Shown one piece after another: positions 1 through 8,686 of a stretch of 29,572 bases of DNA (its first letter is position 1; every line of letters begins with the position of its first letter). The translations under genes were made by a program, and so were the position numbers. The stretch spans positions 1 through 29,572 of the forward strand of contig JABXKD010000046.1 of assembly GCA_013375475.1 (NCBI GenBank), given 5' to 3'. This DNA comes from Promethearchaeota archaeon (GTDB taxonomy: Archaea; Asgardarchaeota; Lokiarchaeia; Sigyniarchaeales; SOKP01). The notes under the pieces were generated by a model. That model did not search any database. It saw nothing but the letters and a program-made list of their open reading frames with translations, and was not told where the DNA came from.

Positions 1-337
1 GATCATCTTTTAGGAATAAATGCAATACATAACAGCTATAGATCCCATCGTATTTTTCATCGTTAAAGGGCATATCTAATACTGATCCTTGAAAGAACTG
101 AGTTTTTGGGTTGAAATTTTTCGCGAGTTCAATAGCTGATGCAGAAATTTCAATTCCAGTTACATCAAGATTAGCATCTGTAAATATTTTCGTATTTCTA
201 CCATACCCTGCGCCTGGAACTAAGATTTTGTTAACATTATGCCTTTTAAAAAGCTCAAGAGCGTAAATTGCAGTCCGACTTGGTTTATCTCCCCAAATTT
301 TACCTCCGTCTAAAAATCTTTTTTCCCAGTAATCCAT
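1..337 (-). CDS. Class I SAM-dependent methyltransferase (partial, runs off the window start)
   Basis: Hand translation from ATG at 337: MDYWEKRFLDGGKIWGDKPS...KILVPGAGYGRNT...VTGIEIS...FFQGSVLDMPFNDEKYDGIYSCYVLHLF. Glycine-rich motif I and downstream motifs are present and the frame is open to the window edge. Not in the ORF track. Confidence 0.9.
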   Translation of the reverse strand, partial: MDYWEKRFLDGGKIWGDKPSRTAIYALELFKRHNVNKILVPGAGYGRNTKIFTDANLDVTGIEISASAIELAKNFNPKTQFFQGSVLDMPFNDEKYDGIYSCYVLHLFLKDD

Positions 338-474
338 AAAACCTACTCATCTTTTTTATTCAAAATTATAAAAATGATTAATCCTAAATTATATTGTTTG
401 TAATTTGAAATACATGTTTAAATTCAATTAATAAGTGAAAACTCACCAATATTATTTAAAGGTAAAATAGCACT

Positions 475-1581
475 ATGAAAAAAATTGGACTTATAGCAAA
501 TCCAATCGCAGGAATGGGAGGTAGTGTAGGCTTAAAGGGAACAGATGGTGATATTTTTAAAAAAGCTATAGAAATGGGAGCAACCCCAATTACACCAAAG
601 AGAGTAAAAGATTTCTTGGGTAATTTAAAAAATCTAAACAATTTTTTATTTATTGTAGCTCCAGGTAAGATGGGTGAAGACTATGTTAAAAATCTAAGTT
701 TCAAATTTAAAATTATAGGAGATATTGATGAGAACACAACGGCAGAGGACACAAAAAGAATTGCGAAACTTATGGTTGAAGCTGGTGTTGATTTACTAGT
801 TTTCTGTGGTGGTGATGGAACAGCAAGAGATCTTTTTGACGCAATTAAATTGAAGATTCCTGTGGTGGCAATCCCTTCAGGAGTAAAAATGTTCAGTTCC
901 ATTTTTGCTATGAATCCTAAAGCTGCGGCTCAAATCGCTGATAAGTTCATAGAAGAAACGACCGCCACACAAGAAAAAGAAGTTCTGGATATCGACGAAG
1001 ATGCTTTTAGAGATAATCGATTGGTTTCAAAATTATATGGTTATCTTTTAGTTCCAAAAGTCCAAAATCTAATCCAAAGCTCGAAAAATAGTTCTAGGAT
1101 TGGAAGGACTATTGAAGATAATAAATACGAAATAGCTCAACAGATAATTGAAAAAATGGAAGAAGAAACGTTATATCTTTTAGGACCAGGTACGACTGTT
1201 AAATCGATTACAGACCAGTTAAATTTGGAAAAATCGTTGCTTGGCGTTGATGCTATTTATAACAAATCTCTCGTTGGTGAAGATATAAATGAAAGTGGTA
1301 TACTTGGCTTATTGGATAAATATCAAAAAGCCGTAATCGTAGTAAGTCCTATTGGGGGTCAGGGCTTCGTCTTTGGTAGAGGTAACAAACAGTTTACTCC
1401 TAGAATCTTAAAACGAATAGGAAAGAATAATATCTTAATCATCGGGACGGAAGATAAAATAAAGGGTTTATCATGTTTGAGGGTTGACACGGGGGACGAG
1501 GATACTGATAATCTACTAAAGGGACTCACAAAAGTAATTATAGGATATAGAGAAGAATTAATCTGCAATATTAAATGTTAA
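475..1581 (+). CDS. ATP-NAD kinase family protein (AcoX-like)
   Basis: 368 aa. N-terminal LIANPIAGMGG, GGDGTARD kinase motif, IPSGVKMFS and SPIGGQGFVFGRGN are typical of this family. Confidence 0.85.
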   Translation: MKKIGLIANPIAGMGGSVGLKGTDGDIFKKAIEMGATPITPKRVKDFLGNLKNLNNFLFIVAPGKMGEDYVKNLSFKFKIIGDIDENTTAEDTKRIAKLMVEAGVDLLVFCGGDGTARDLFDAIKLKIPVVAIPSGVKMFSSIFAMNPKAAAQIADKFIEETTATQEKEVLDIDEDAFRDNRLVSKLYGYLLVPKVQNLIQSSKNSSRIGRTIEDNKYEIAQQIIEKMEEETLYLLGPGTTVKSITDQLNLEKSLLGVDAIYNKSLVGEDINESGILGLLDKYQKAVIVVSPIGGQGFVFGRGNKQFTPRILKRIGKNNILIIGTEDKIKGLSCLRVDTGDEDTDNLLKGLTKVIIGYREELICNIKC

Positions 1582-1711
1582 AGCAAATTCATTTCTGAGA
1601 AATTGTCTGAAAGAGAAAAAATTAAACCTACTATCGAAGACAATTAACATCTGAAGTTACTCTTTTTTTATTAATTTGATCCGTAGGAGATTATACTTCA
1701 ACTACTATTAC

Positions 1712-1903
1712 TTATCGTCTTTCAGTGATTACAGCTATATCTGAGATAGCTACATTAATTATATTGTTATTTTTATCTTCTATTTTTAAAATATCTGAGT
1801 CATCAAGGGAAATAATTTTCCCACTAAACTCTTTTTCTATACCTCTAATATAAATATAAACATAATTGTTAGTTAATGTTTCAAAAATTTTTCTTGGTAT
1901 CAT
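1712..1903 (-). CDS. Small hypothetical protein, possible Sm/LSm-like fold
   Basis: 63 aa ORF filling an intergenic gap. The pattern VYIYIRG..KEFSGKIISLDD..ILKIED...INVAISDIAVI resembles Sm1/Sm2 beta strands. Confidence 0.6.
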   Translation of the reverse strand: MIPRKIFETLTNNYVYIYIRGIEKEFSGKIISLDDSDILKIEDKNNNIINVAISDIAVITERR

Positions 1904-2019
1904 ACATATCCCATTCTTTAACTTTTAGCCATTAATTCTTTAGTTATAATAATTATAAAAAAGAAATAAAATTATATTAAATTATAGATCGTTAATTATC
2001 AAAATAATAAGGGAATCTT

Positions 2020-2577
2020 ATGGAAAATGAAAGTCTATTAAAAAATATTAATATCATAGTTGGGTTGATTATAATAGTATTATCGATAATTACTTTATTC
2101 TATGGCGTAATTACTTTGATTACTTTGATCATACTTATTTCTATTGCGTTCTTATTTGCAGGAATTGGACGAGCCTATAATGCAATCACTAATGATTCGT
2201 TAACAAAAGCAAGTAAATTCATGAAATATTTCAGTGGGCTACTCTCAATCATTATTAGTATAGCAGCTATATTCATTGCTCTCTTTAATCCAGGTCTAGC
2301 CATTCTAATGTTCAGCAATTTATTTGGCTATCTTTTAATCTTTATAGGTGTAGCTAGGATATCTGTGGGTTATTTGATGGAGTCTTATACAACATTGTAT
2401 CGAACAGTGTTGATTCTTGTTGGTATTATTACCTTTATTTTTTCGTTTATAATTCTAATGTTTCCTATTTTCGGCTATTTTGTCATAGTAATGCTGATTT
2501 CTGCCTCTCTACTCTTAAATGGAATAACTAGACTATCATTTGGATTAGCTTTAAAAAGAATTAAATCAAAAAACTAA
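2020..2577 (+). CDS. HdeD/DUF308-like membrane protein
   Basis: 185 aa with about 6 hydrophobic segments and repeated G-(I/V)-x-R helix ends (AGIGR, IGVAR, NGITR). Confidence 0.7.
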   Translation: MENESLLKNINIIVGLIIIVLSIITLFYGVITLITLIILISIAFLFAGIGRAYNAITNDSLTKASKFMKYFSGLLSIIISIAAIFIALFNPGLAILMFSNLFGYLLIFIGVARISVGYLMESYTTLYRTVLILVGIITFIFSFIILMFPIFGYFVIVMLISASLLLNGITRLSFGLALKRIKSKN

Positions 2578-2710
2578 AGTGTTGAGATTAGATTTATTTT
2601 AAGAAGATTTAAACCTTTTTTCTTTCTATTTTACATCTAAATGAATTGAAAATGTCTTCCTTTTTGAATATTATACTGTAAATTAAATTTTTATGAAATA
2701 AAAAAATTGA

Positions 2711-4588
2711 TTATTGAATATTAAGTTCTTTGAGTTTTTCTTTTGTTGGCCAACCAGTCTCCCAATCCCAACCTCGGATCTTATAGTAGTTCTCCAAACT
2801 GCCTTCCATGTCCAGCTTTATACCCTCTGTTTTGCCAGATTTCATTTCTGCTAGAACGTGTTGAGGTAATTTATCGTCTTCTTTAGTTGTCCCGAGTTTA
2901 CAGCTTATAAGCCTTTTAAGAGCGTTTATTCTTTCTCCTACAAGCATCAGAGATTTTCTGTTGTAATCGAAGTTTGTAGAAGCGTTAATGTACTTAATAA
3001 TGTGTTCGAGCGGGGGATTAATGAAATTGCAGTTGGCGGCTGAATCATCGATGGCTCTTAAGTCTTGTAAATTTGCGACGCCCTTTTCTCTACCCTTGAT
3101 TGTAGTTCTATCTCCCGGTTTTACCCGAATTTTTGGATATTTTAAAAGCATTAATTCGGCTCCAAACCAATCGCACTTTTCGTGGTTCGCTCCCATATAA
3201 CAGGTCATATAACTCAATGCTTGTCCGGAAAATGCTCTTGGATCGTGCATTGGTATTTCTAATCCTTTCACATGGGCTGCTAATTCTGGATCAACATTAA
3301 ACTCTTTTGCCATTGCTTTTACTCCATCAGCGAGAATTTTACCAATACCTTCTCTGATTGCAATTTTATCAAGTAATTTTAATACTACATCTCCGTTTCC
3401 CCATTTTATTTCTCCAATACTAATATCGTTTAAGTGTTGCTTAATGTTCTCAATTCCTAAATTATTTTCAACTAAATAAATTAAGAATGCGATCGAAACT
3501 CCACTTGAGATTGTATCAAAACCGTAGACATTGCACATGTGATTGGAAAGAATTACTTTCTTTGAATCAAAGACGCCACATAAAGGACCGAAAGCAGCTA
3601 CTGATTCGTATTCAGGACCGTCTACTTTAATTTCTTTACCATCGTTCTCTACAATGGTTGTTTTACCACACCTCATAGTACATCCGGCACAACCGTAATC
3701 TAAAACGGGATATTCTTCTCGTAACGTTTTTCCTGTAAGTTTATCGGCAAAAAATTCGTTTCTAGTGAAGTAATACCCGGGAGTATCGCCCAGAGCCATT
3801 CCCATATCTAGATAACAATTCGTTCCATACAGCGTGAAAAGAAATGGGACCAATGTTTTAAGTAGGTCTTTGCGCTTAACGTCTTCTTCTTGTTTTAACA
3901 TTTCTTTGCCTATAGCATTGTCTGCGATTTGAACTCTATTAGTTCCGTGAACTGCTAATGCTTTCAAGTTTTTTGACCCCATAATAGCGCCCATACCAGA
4001 TCGTCCTATAGCGCGTCCTTCGTCGTTAATAATTCCCGCGTATTTCACGAGATTTTCACCGGCGATTCCTATCGTAGCAATCCGAGCTTTATCGTTGTTA
4101 AGTTCGGATTTCAAAATTGATTGACTTTCGTAAGTATCTTTACCCCAGATCGTATTAGCGTCCTTAAATTCAATGGTTTCGTCGTGAATGTAGAGATAGG
4201 TCGGATTTTTAGATTTTCCGGTAATCACTATAGCATCAAAACCGCTATTTCGTAGAGAAATTGGGAAGTAACCTCCAGAAGTGCCTTCGCCCCAAATTCC
4301 TGTGAGAGGAGAGATCGCAGTTACCGAATATCGTCCTGAAGATGGCCTGTTTGTTCCTGTTACTGGTCCAGTAGCAAATATTAGCGGATTTATCTCAGCA
4401 TAAGGATCATTTTTCAAAGTTCCGTAATCGGTTTCCGATAACAGATCGTATGTTATTTTAGCGCTCAAACCCGTGCCTCCAAGGTAATCTTTCGCGATTT
4501 GAGGATCTAACTCTTTCACATCAACTTTTTCGTCAGTTAAGTTAACATATACTATTTTTCCATTATATCCAATTAAGTTTTCACTCAT
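2711..4588 (-). CDS. aor: Aldehyde:ferredoxin oxidoreductase family (tungsten/molybdopterin) enzyme
   Basis: 625 aa. Motifs YLGGTGL, SPLTGIWGEG, GRSGMGAIMGSKNLKA, GCAGCTMRC, DGPEYES, GFDTISSG, KGLEIPMHDPR, YYKIRGWD. Confidence 0.93.
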   Translation of the reverse strand: MSENLIGYNGKIVYVNLTDEKVDVKELDPQIAKDYLGGTGLSAKITYDLLSETDYGTLKNDPYAEINPLIFATGPVTGTNRPSSGRYSVTAISPLTGIWGEGTSGGYFPISLRNSGFDAIVITGKSKNPTYLYIHDETIEFKDANTIWGKDTYESQSILKSELNNDKARIATIGIAGENLVKYAGIINDEGRAIGRSGMGAIMGSKNLKALAVHGTNRVQIADNAIGKEMLKQEEDVKRKDLLKTLVPFLFTLYGTNCYLDMGMALGDTPGYYFTRNEFFADKLTGKTLREEYPVLDYGCAGCTMRCGKTTIVENDGKEIKVDGPEYESVAAFGPLCGVFDSKKVILSNHMCNVYGFDTISSGVSIAFLIYLVENNLGIENIKQHLNDISIGEIKWGNGDVVLKLLDKIAIREGIGKILADGVKAMAKEFNVDPELAAHVKGLEIPMHDPRAFSGQALSYMTCYMGANHEKCDWFGAELMLLKYPKIRVKPGDRTTIKGREKGVANLQDLRAIDDSAANCNFINPPLEHIIKYINASTNFDYNRKSLMLVGERINALKRLISCKLGTTKEDDKLPQHVLAEMKSGKTEGIKLDMEGSLENYYKIRGWDWETGWPTKEKLKELNIQ

Positions 4589-4597
4589 TTTTATCCC

Positions 4598-5896
4598 TCA
4601 AAAATCTATATCTTGCCCATCCCAGGCATATTCAAAAATGGTCTTGAACAGTTTTTCGCTCATCGTTCGGAAAGAGGTTAGAGCTACAGCATCGTCAGCA
4701 GCATAATTAGTCAGTAAATCGAGCTTGTTATAATATTCTTCTTGAGTAATTACAGGATCCTTCAAATCCTTTACACGTACTGGTGCGTCAAGAGATTCAA
4801 TAAAATCTCTTATAGCTTGAAGAAATTCAGTAAGCAATTCTTTTCTACTCTTATTTTCTTCTTGAATATTAAAAATAGGACATAGTAATTTCCACCTATC
4901 AGTTACTTTTGCTTGGAAGGCAATAGAATAAACTGTGAACAATCCTACGCTAAGTCCGTGATGAACATTAAAAATTTTCCCAAAACTATGGCCTAGCGAA
5001 TGATCAATTCCGGGTGTCGTGTTGCCAAATCCTACTCCAGCCATCAAAGAAGCCATTTGCATGTGTTCTCTCGCTTCTATATCTTTCGCACCGTATTTAT
5101 ACGCTCGCGGTAAATATTTCAGGATTTCTTTTATCGCGGTTGTATTCATCGCATCAACATACGGGCTACCCCAATTTGACACAAAACTTCCAATAGCGTG
5201 TGAGAAAGCATCCAAACCTGTAGCCATAGTCAGAAATGGAGGCATATCCTTTACAAAATCTGTAAATAAAATAGTTATATCAGCAGTTAACTCATCACTA
5301 AGTACTTCAAGCTTTTTTGGAGGATCTCGATCAGTGTCGGTAATTACGGCAACTTGGGTTACCTCTGAACCAGTCCCTGATGTTGTGGGGATCGCTATAA
5401 AATACTTAAATTTCTTTCGTAATCCTACGCAGCCAAAATACGGTAAAATCATGAAAAGATTTACTTCCGGTTTTTCGTATTTGACCATTACCATCTTTGT
5501 TGTATCCATTACGCTCCCGCCCCCGATTGCAATTAACACTTGTGGCTTAAATTCCTCGCAAATCTTAGCTCCTTCGTAGATTGTTGGGATAGGTACCTCT
5601 GGCTCTGCACCAGACCATATTTTGTATTCCATATTGATATTATCAAGGTAATCTGTTATATATTTAGCAAATTTTTGAGTAAAAGAATCCGTTATGATCA
5701 GCGCTCGTCTTTCTTCTAGATCTATTGTTGCCTCTAATAAGTTAGCTACTCGAAGTAAAGACGCTTTTCCTTGATAGATTTTAGATGAAATGTAGGTTGA
5801 CATGCCTCCTCTTAAAGCTCTGCCACCCATTAATCCCATCATATCTTTAATTATTGTCGCTTCATACCAAGCTAATTTTTTTTCTACCATTTTCAT
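4598..5896 (-). CDS. Iron-containing alcohol dehydrogenase
   Basis: 432 aa. Motifs AIGGGSVMD, IPTTSGTGSEVT, GLDAFSHA, HSLGH and HHGL metal ligands. Ends 9 nt upstream of the aor start, so probably an operon. Confidence 0.92.
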   Translation of the reverse strand: MKMVEKKLAWYEATIIKDMMGLMGGRALRGGMSTYISSKIYQGKASLLRVANLLEATIDLEERRALIITDSFTQKFAKYITDYLDNINMEYKIWSGAEPEVPIPTIYEGAKICEEFKPQVLIAIGGGSVMDTTKMVMVKYEKPEVNLFMILPYFGCVGLRKKFKYFIAIPTTSGTGSEVTQVAVITDTDRDPPKKLEVLSDELTADITILFTDFVKDMPPFLTMATGLDAFSHAIGSFVSNWGSPYVDAMNTTAIKEILKYLPRAYKYGAKDIEAREHMQMASLMAGVGFGNTTPGIDHSLGHSFGKIFNVHHGLSVGLFTVYSIAFQAKVTDRWKLLCPIFNIQEENKSRKELLTEFLQAIRDFIESLDAPVRVKDLKDPVITQEEYYNKLDLLTNYAADDAVALTSFRTMSEKLFKTIFEYAWDGQDIDF

Positions 5897-6102
5897 CTAA
5901 ACTCCTTGAAGAGTCTTTTTTTTTTTGTAAAAAGTTAAATTTTCAAAATAAATTTTTGAATCTTTTTATTTATAATTTATTGGATATAAACTCGAATATA
6001 TAGTTATGGAGCAAATAGAGGCCTTTGACATAAATGTAAATATAAATAAATCAAAATTTGTAGGGGGATTAAAAGAAAACGATTAAATCCTTAAAAAGAG
6101 CC

Positions 6103-7050
6103 TTAGACACGCTTAAAGGAGGTTAATTTTTCAAGGAATTCGAGTTGGCGTAGAAATAATCTATCTCGCTTTTTCAATACCTCTCCCTCACTTTTTCCGT
6201 GATAATCGTACAAGCCTTTTCCCGTTTTTGCTCCAAGTTCATTACTATCTATTTTCTCTTGAATTATAGGTAATACCCCACCCTTTGACTTCATAATAAC
6301 GGAAACTAGATCAAGTCCAGTAAAGTCTTGAGATTGAGCGATACCTACAATAGGTAATCTAATTCCTAAAGTCGTTTTAATAGCAAGATCAATCTGTTCT
6401 GGCGTAGCAATGTTCCTAGCGAGTAATTCGTACATAGCACCATTCAAAGCCATCTGAATGCGGTTTACTATATACCCCGGAAGGAACTTATCAATTACAA
6501 TTGGTTTTTTTCCAATTTTTTTTAATAAATTTACCGAAAATTCCACTGTTTCAGGTGATGTTTTACTACTTGGTACGACTTCTACAAGGGGGATAATATG
6601 TGGTGGAGCGAACCAATGATGAGCAATAATACGCTGTCGATTTTTAGCACCTTTAGTAATTTTGAAAATGTCCAAAGTTGAGGTATTACTTGCCAGTATC
6701 GCATTCTCAGGACAAAATTCAGATAGTTGGTCAAATAACTGCTTCTTTAATTCGGGAATTTCGCTGACTGCTTCTACTACGAACATTTTTTCATCTGCAG
6801 CTTCCTTAAGTTCAGTTTTGAGGTGTATTCTTTCGATTATAGGAGGGATTTTGTCATTTTGCACTCTATTGAATTCAGCTAATACCCCCAGATTAGACTT
6901 GATCAACTCTAAAGCATGGTCGAGTTTCTTTTGATGAGTATCTACGAGATCTACTTCAAACCCTGTTTGAGCGTAGACTTGGGCTATTGAATGCCCCATA
7001 GTCCCTGCTCCTATTATTAAGACACTTTTCAAATCTTTTATCTCTACCAA
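6103..7050 (-). CDS. 3-hydroxyacyl-CoA dehydrogenase family protein
   Basis: IIGAGTMG Rossmann motif, VEAVSE, LASNTS, HWFAPPH..PLVE, GYIVNR, LGAKTGKGLY. The ORF track starts at 7101, but the in-frame TTG at 7050 is a more plausible start. Start uncertain. Confidence 0.9.
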   Translation of the reverse strand: MVEIKDLKSVLIIGAGTMGHSIAQVYAQTGFEVDLVDTHQKKLDHALELIKSNLGVLAEFNRVQNDKIPPIIERIHLKTELKEAADEKMFVVEAVSEIPELKKQLFDQLSEFCPENAILASNTSTLDIFKITKGAKNRQRIIAHHWFAPPHIIPLVEVVPSSKTSPETVEFSVNLLKKIGKKPIVIDKFLPGYIVNRIQMALNGAMYELLARNIATPEQIDLAIKTTLGIRLPIVGIAQSQDFTGLDLVSVIMKSKGGVLPIIQEKIDSNELGAKTGKGLYDYHGKSEGEVLKKRDRLFLRQLEFLEKLTSFKRV

Positions 7051-7143
7051 TCTAAATCGCAAATTTAAGTTTAATTTAATTAAGTTATTATATGATCTCA
7101 TTCAAAATAAAATTATCAAAACCAATTTAAACAATGATTATCG

Positions 7144-7956
7144 ATGAGAGAAGAAATCAAAATTATTTCTATAATAGGCGTGGGTTATTTAGGCAAACAA
7201 ATAGCTGAAAAATCAGCATTAAAAGAATATACAATTCGTCTTTATGATACAGACAAGGAGGATTTAGAAAATTTCTCCAGAGAATTAAAGAGAGACAAAA
7301 AAACACCAGGTGAAATAACTTCACATGAAACTATAGAAGATGCTGTAAAGGATGCAGACTTAGTAATCGAAGCAGTTCCAGAAAGATTAGAACTAAAAAG
7401 GGATATCTTTAAGATAATTGATGAAACAGCTCAACCTAATGCTATTATCGCTACGAATAGTTCATCAATCCCTGTCTCAAAATTAGAGGATGTGGTAGAT
7501 CGAAAAGATAAATTGCTAAATATTCATTTTTACGACCTTTTTGCTATGCCAATGGCAGATATTATGAGAGGAACGGAAACTACTGATAAAACTTTTGAAA
7601 TAGGTAAAAAATGGATTGAAAATATTGAGATCACCCCTCTCATAGTCAAAAAAGAATGCTACGGATTTGTGTTTAATAGAGTATGGCGCGCTATTAAGAA
7701 AGAATGTTTGAAGATCTGGGCAGGAGGATACGCTGATTTAGAAGAAGTTGATAAAGCGTGGAGAATATTTCAGAGTATGGGAACAGCTCCCTTCGAATTC
7801 ATGGATAAAATCGGATTGGATGTAATTTACGATATTGAAATGTCCTACTATAAGAATAGTGGCTTAGCAGACGATAAACCACCTCAAGCTTTAAAAGATC
7901 TAGTTGATAATGGTAATCTTGGACAAAAAACGAAGAAAGGATTTTATACCTATTAA
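7144..7956 (+). CDS. 3-hydroxyacyl-CoA dehydrogenase family protein (second, divergently transcribed)
   Basis: 270 aa. IIGVGYLG, IEAVPE, IATNSSS, NIHFY, GFVFNR, MDKIGLD, LGQKTKKGFY. Confidence 0.9.
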   Translation: MREEIKIISIIGVGYLGKQIAEKSALKEYTIRLYDTDKEDLENFSRELKRDKKTPGEITSHETIEDAVKDADLVIEAVPERLELKRDIFKIIDETAQPNAIIATNSSSIPVSKLEDVVDRKDKLLNIHFYDLFAMPMADIMRGTETTDKTFEIGKKWIENIEITPLIVKKECYGFVFNRVWRAIKKECLKIWAGGYADLEEVDKAWRIFQSMGTAPFEFMDKIGLDVIYDIEMSYYKNSGLADDKPPQALKDLVDNGNLGQKTKKGFYTY

Positions 7957-7987
7957 TTACATTTTACCTTTTTTAAAAAAATAAAAT

Positions 7988-8055
7988 ACCCCAACCTTAG
8001 CAAGGTTGTCCCCATGTATCAACGATTTTTATACATGAGTCATCCATTAAGGGGT
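7988..8055 (-). promoter_or_regulatory. SECIS element (eukaryote-like, 3' UTR) for the selenoprotein at 8055-8564
   Basis: The minus strand after the stop reads ACCCC-UUAAUGG-AUGA-CUCAUGUAU-AAAAAUCGUUG-AUACAUGGG-GA-CAACCUUGCUAAGGUU-GGGGU. This gives an AUGA/GA core (8043-8040 and 8010-8009), a 9-bp upper stem with one G-U, an A-run opening the apical loop, and a lower ACCCC/GGGGU stem. Confidence 0.85.
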
Positions 8056-8564
8056 TATAACTTTTCGTCAATTATGGTAGTCATCATTTTTATCGAAGGC
8101 CTATCCGTCTTATCTTTTCCAATGTAAGTCCATACGATTTTTCTATCCTTGTTTATCAGAAACTTGCTAGGAACTGCTTGTTTAATGTTTAACGATCCTC
8201 CTCCGCCGGGAGCAAACCAATAAACATCGTAATCTTTAGCTATTTTTGCTCCGCGATCAGAGATGATATCGACATTAAAATTGTTTTCTTCCTTAAATTT
8301 TCTTAGTAGTCTTTCACTATCACTTGTGATTGATATTAACTTAATGTTCCTGCTCTCAAATTCTTCGATGTTTTCTGTTAGTAGATGCAAATGCTTTTTA
8401 CAGTGACTTCACCAATTTCCCCGAAAGAAATCAATTAGAACTCCGTCGTACTCTTCAAGTAAGTTTTCCAAGTTCATTTCTTTTCCATAAACATCTGTAG
8501 TGTCAAAGATAGGTGCTATCGAACTCACTGGTAAACCGTCAGGCCTAGGCGGTTCTTCGTTCAT
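8055..8564 (-). CDS. Peroxiredoxin-like (AhpC/TSA, thioredoxin fold) selenoprotein, Sec at codon 52 (UxxC)
   Basis: ATG at 8564 reads MNEEPPRPDGLPVSSIAPIFDTTDVYGKEMNLENLLEEYDGVLIDFFRGNW[TGA 8411-8409]SHCKKHLHLLTENIEEF... and continues in frame into the listed 8055-8390 ORF, 169 aa in total. The TGA replaces the first Cys of the family FxRGxWCxxC motif. Confidence 0.92.
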
Positions 8565-8686
8565 ATTATTCAATAAAATAATTAAGAATTTAAAGTGATT
8601 GGCTAAGAAGTATTAGATATTAAAGAAAGAAAAATTATTGCTCGAGTATTTTGAACGTTTAAAAAAGAAAAAGAAAATTTATGAAT

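Noticed and set aside
4586-4600. The ADH stop is TGA and is in frame with the aor start (TGA GGG ATA AAA ATG), so read-through could give an ADH-AOR fusion
   Set aside because: In-frame spacing has a one-in-three chance, both proteins look complete, the TGA is not at a Cys-like position, GAGG here can serve as a ribosome-binding site, and I found no SECIS-like structure after aor.
5915-5970. Long T/A homopolymer runs in intergenic DNA
   Set aside because: They are expected in an AT-rich archaeal genome as terminator or promoter context, with no further structure evident.
8055-8390. ORF-track calls 8055-8390 and 18724-18996 as stand-alone short proteins or pseudogene pieces
   Set aside because: Both lack the catalytic motif unless extended through the in-frame TGA, and both extensions are intact and followed by SECIS-like structures.
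8409-8411. Genome-wide reassignment of UGA to Trp or Gly as the explanation for the in-frame TGAs
   Set aside because: TGA ends complete genes here (ADH 4598-4600, MFS 12598-12600, maturase 25065-25067), Trp is encoded by TGG, and the two internal TGAs in the peroxiredoxin-like genes fall at catalytic Cys positions.
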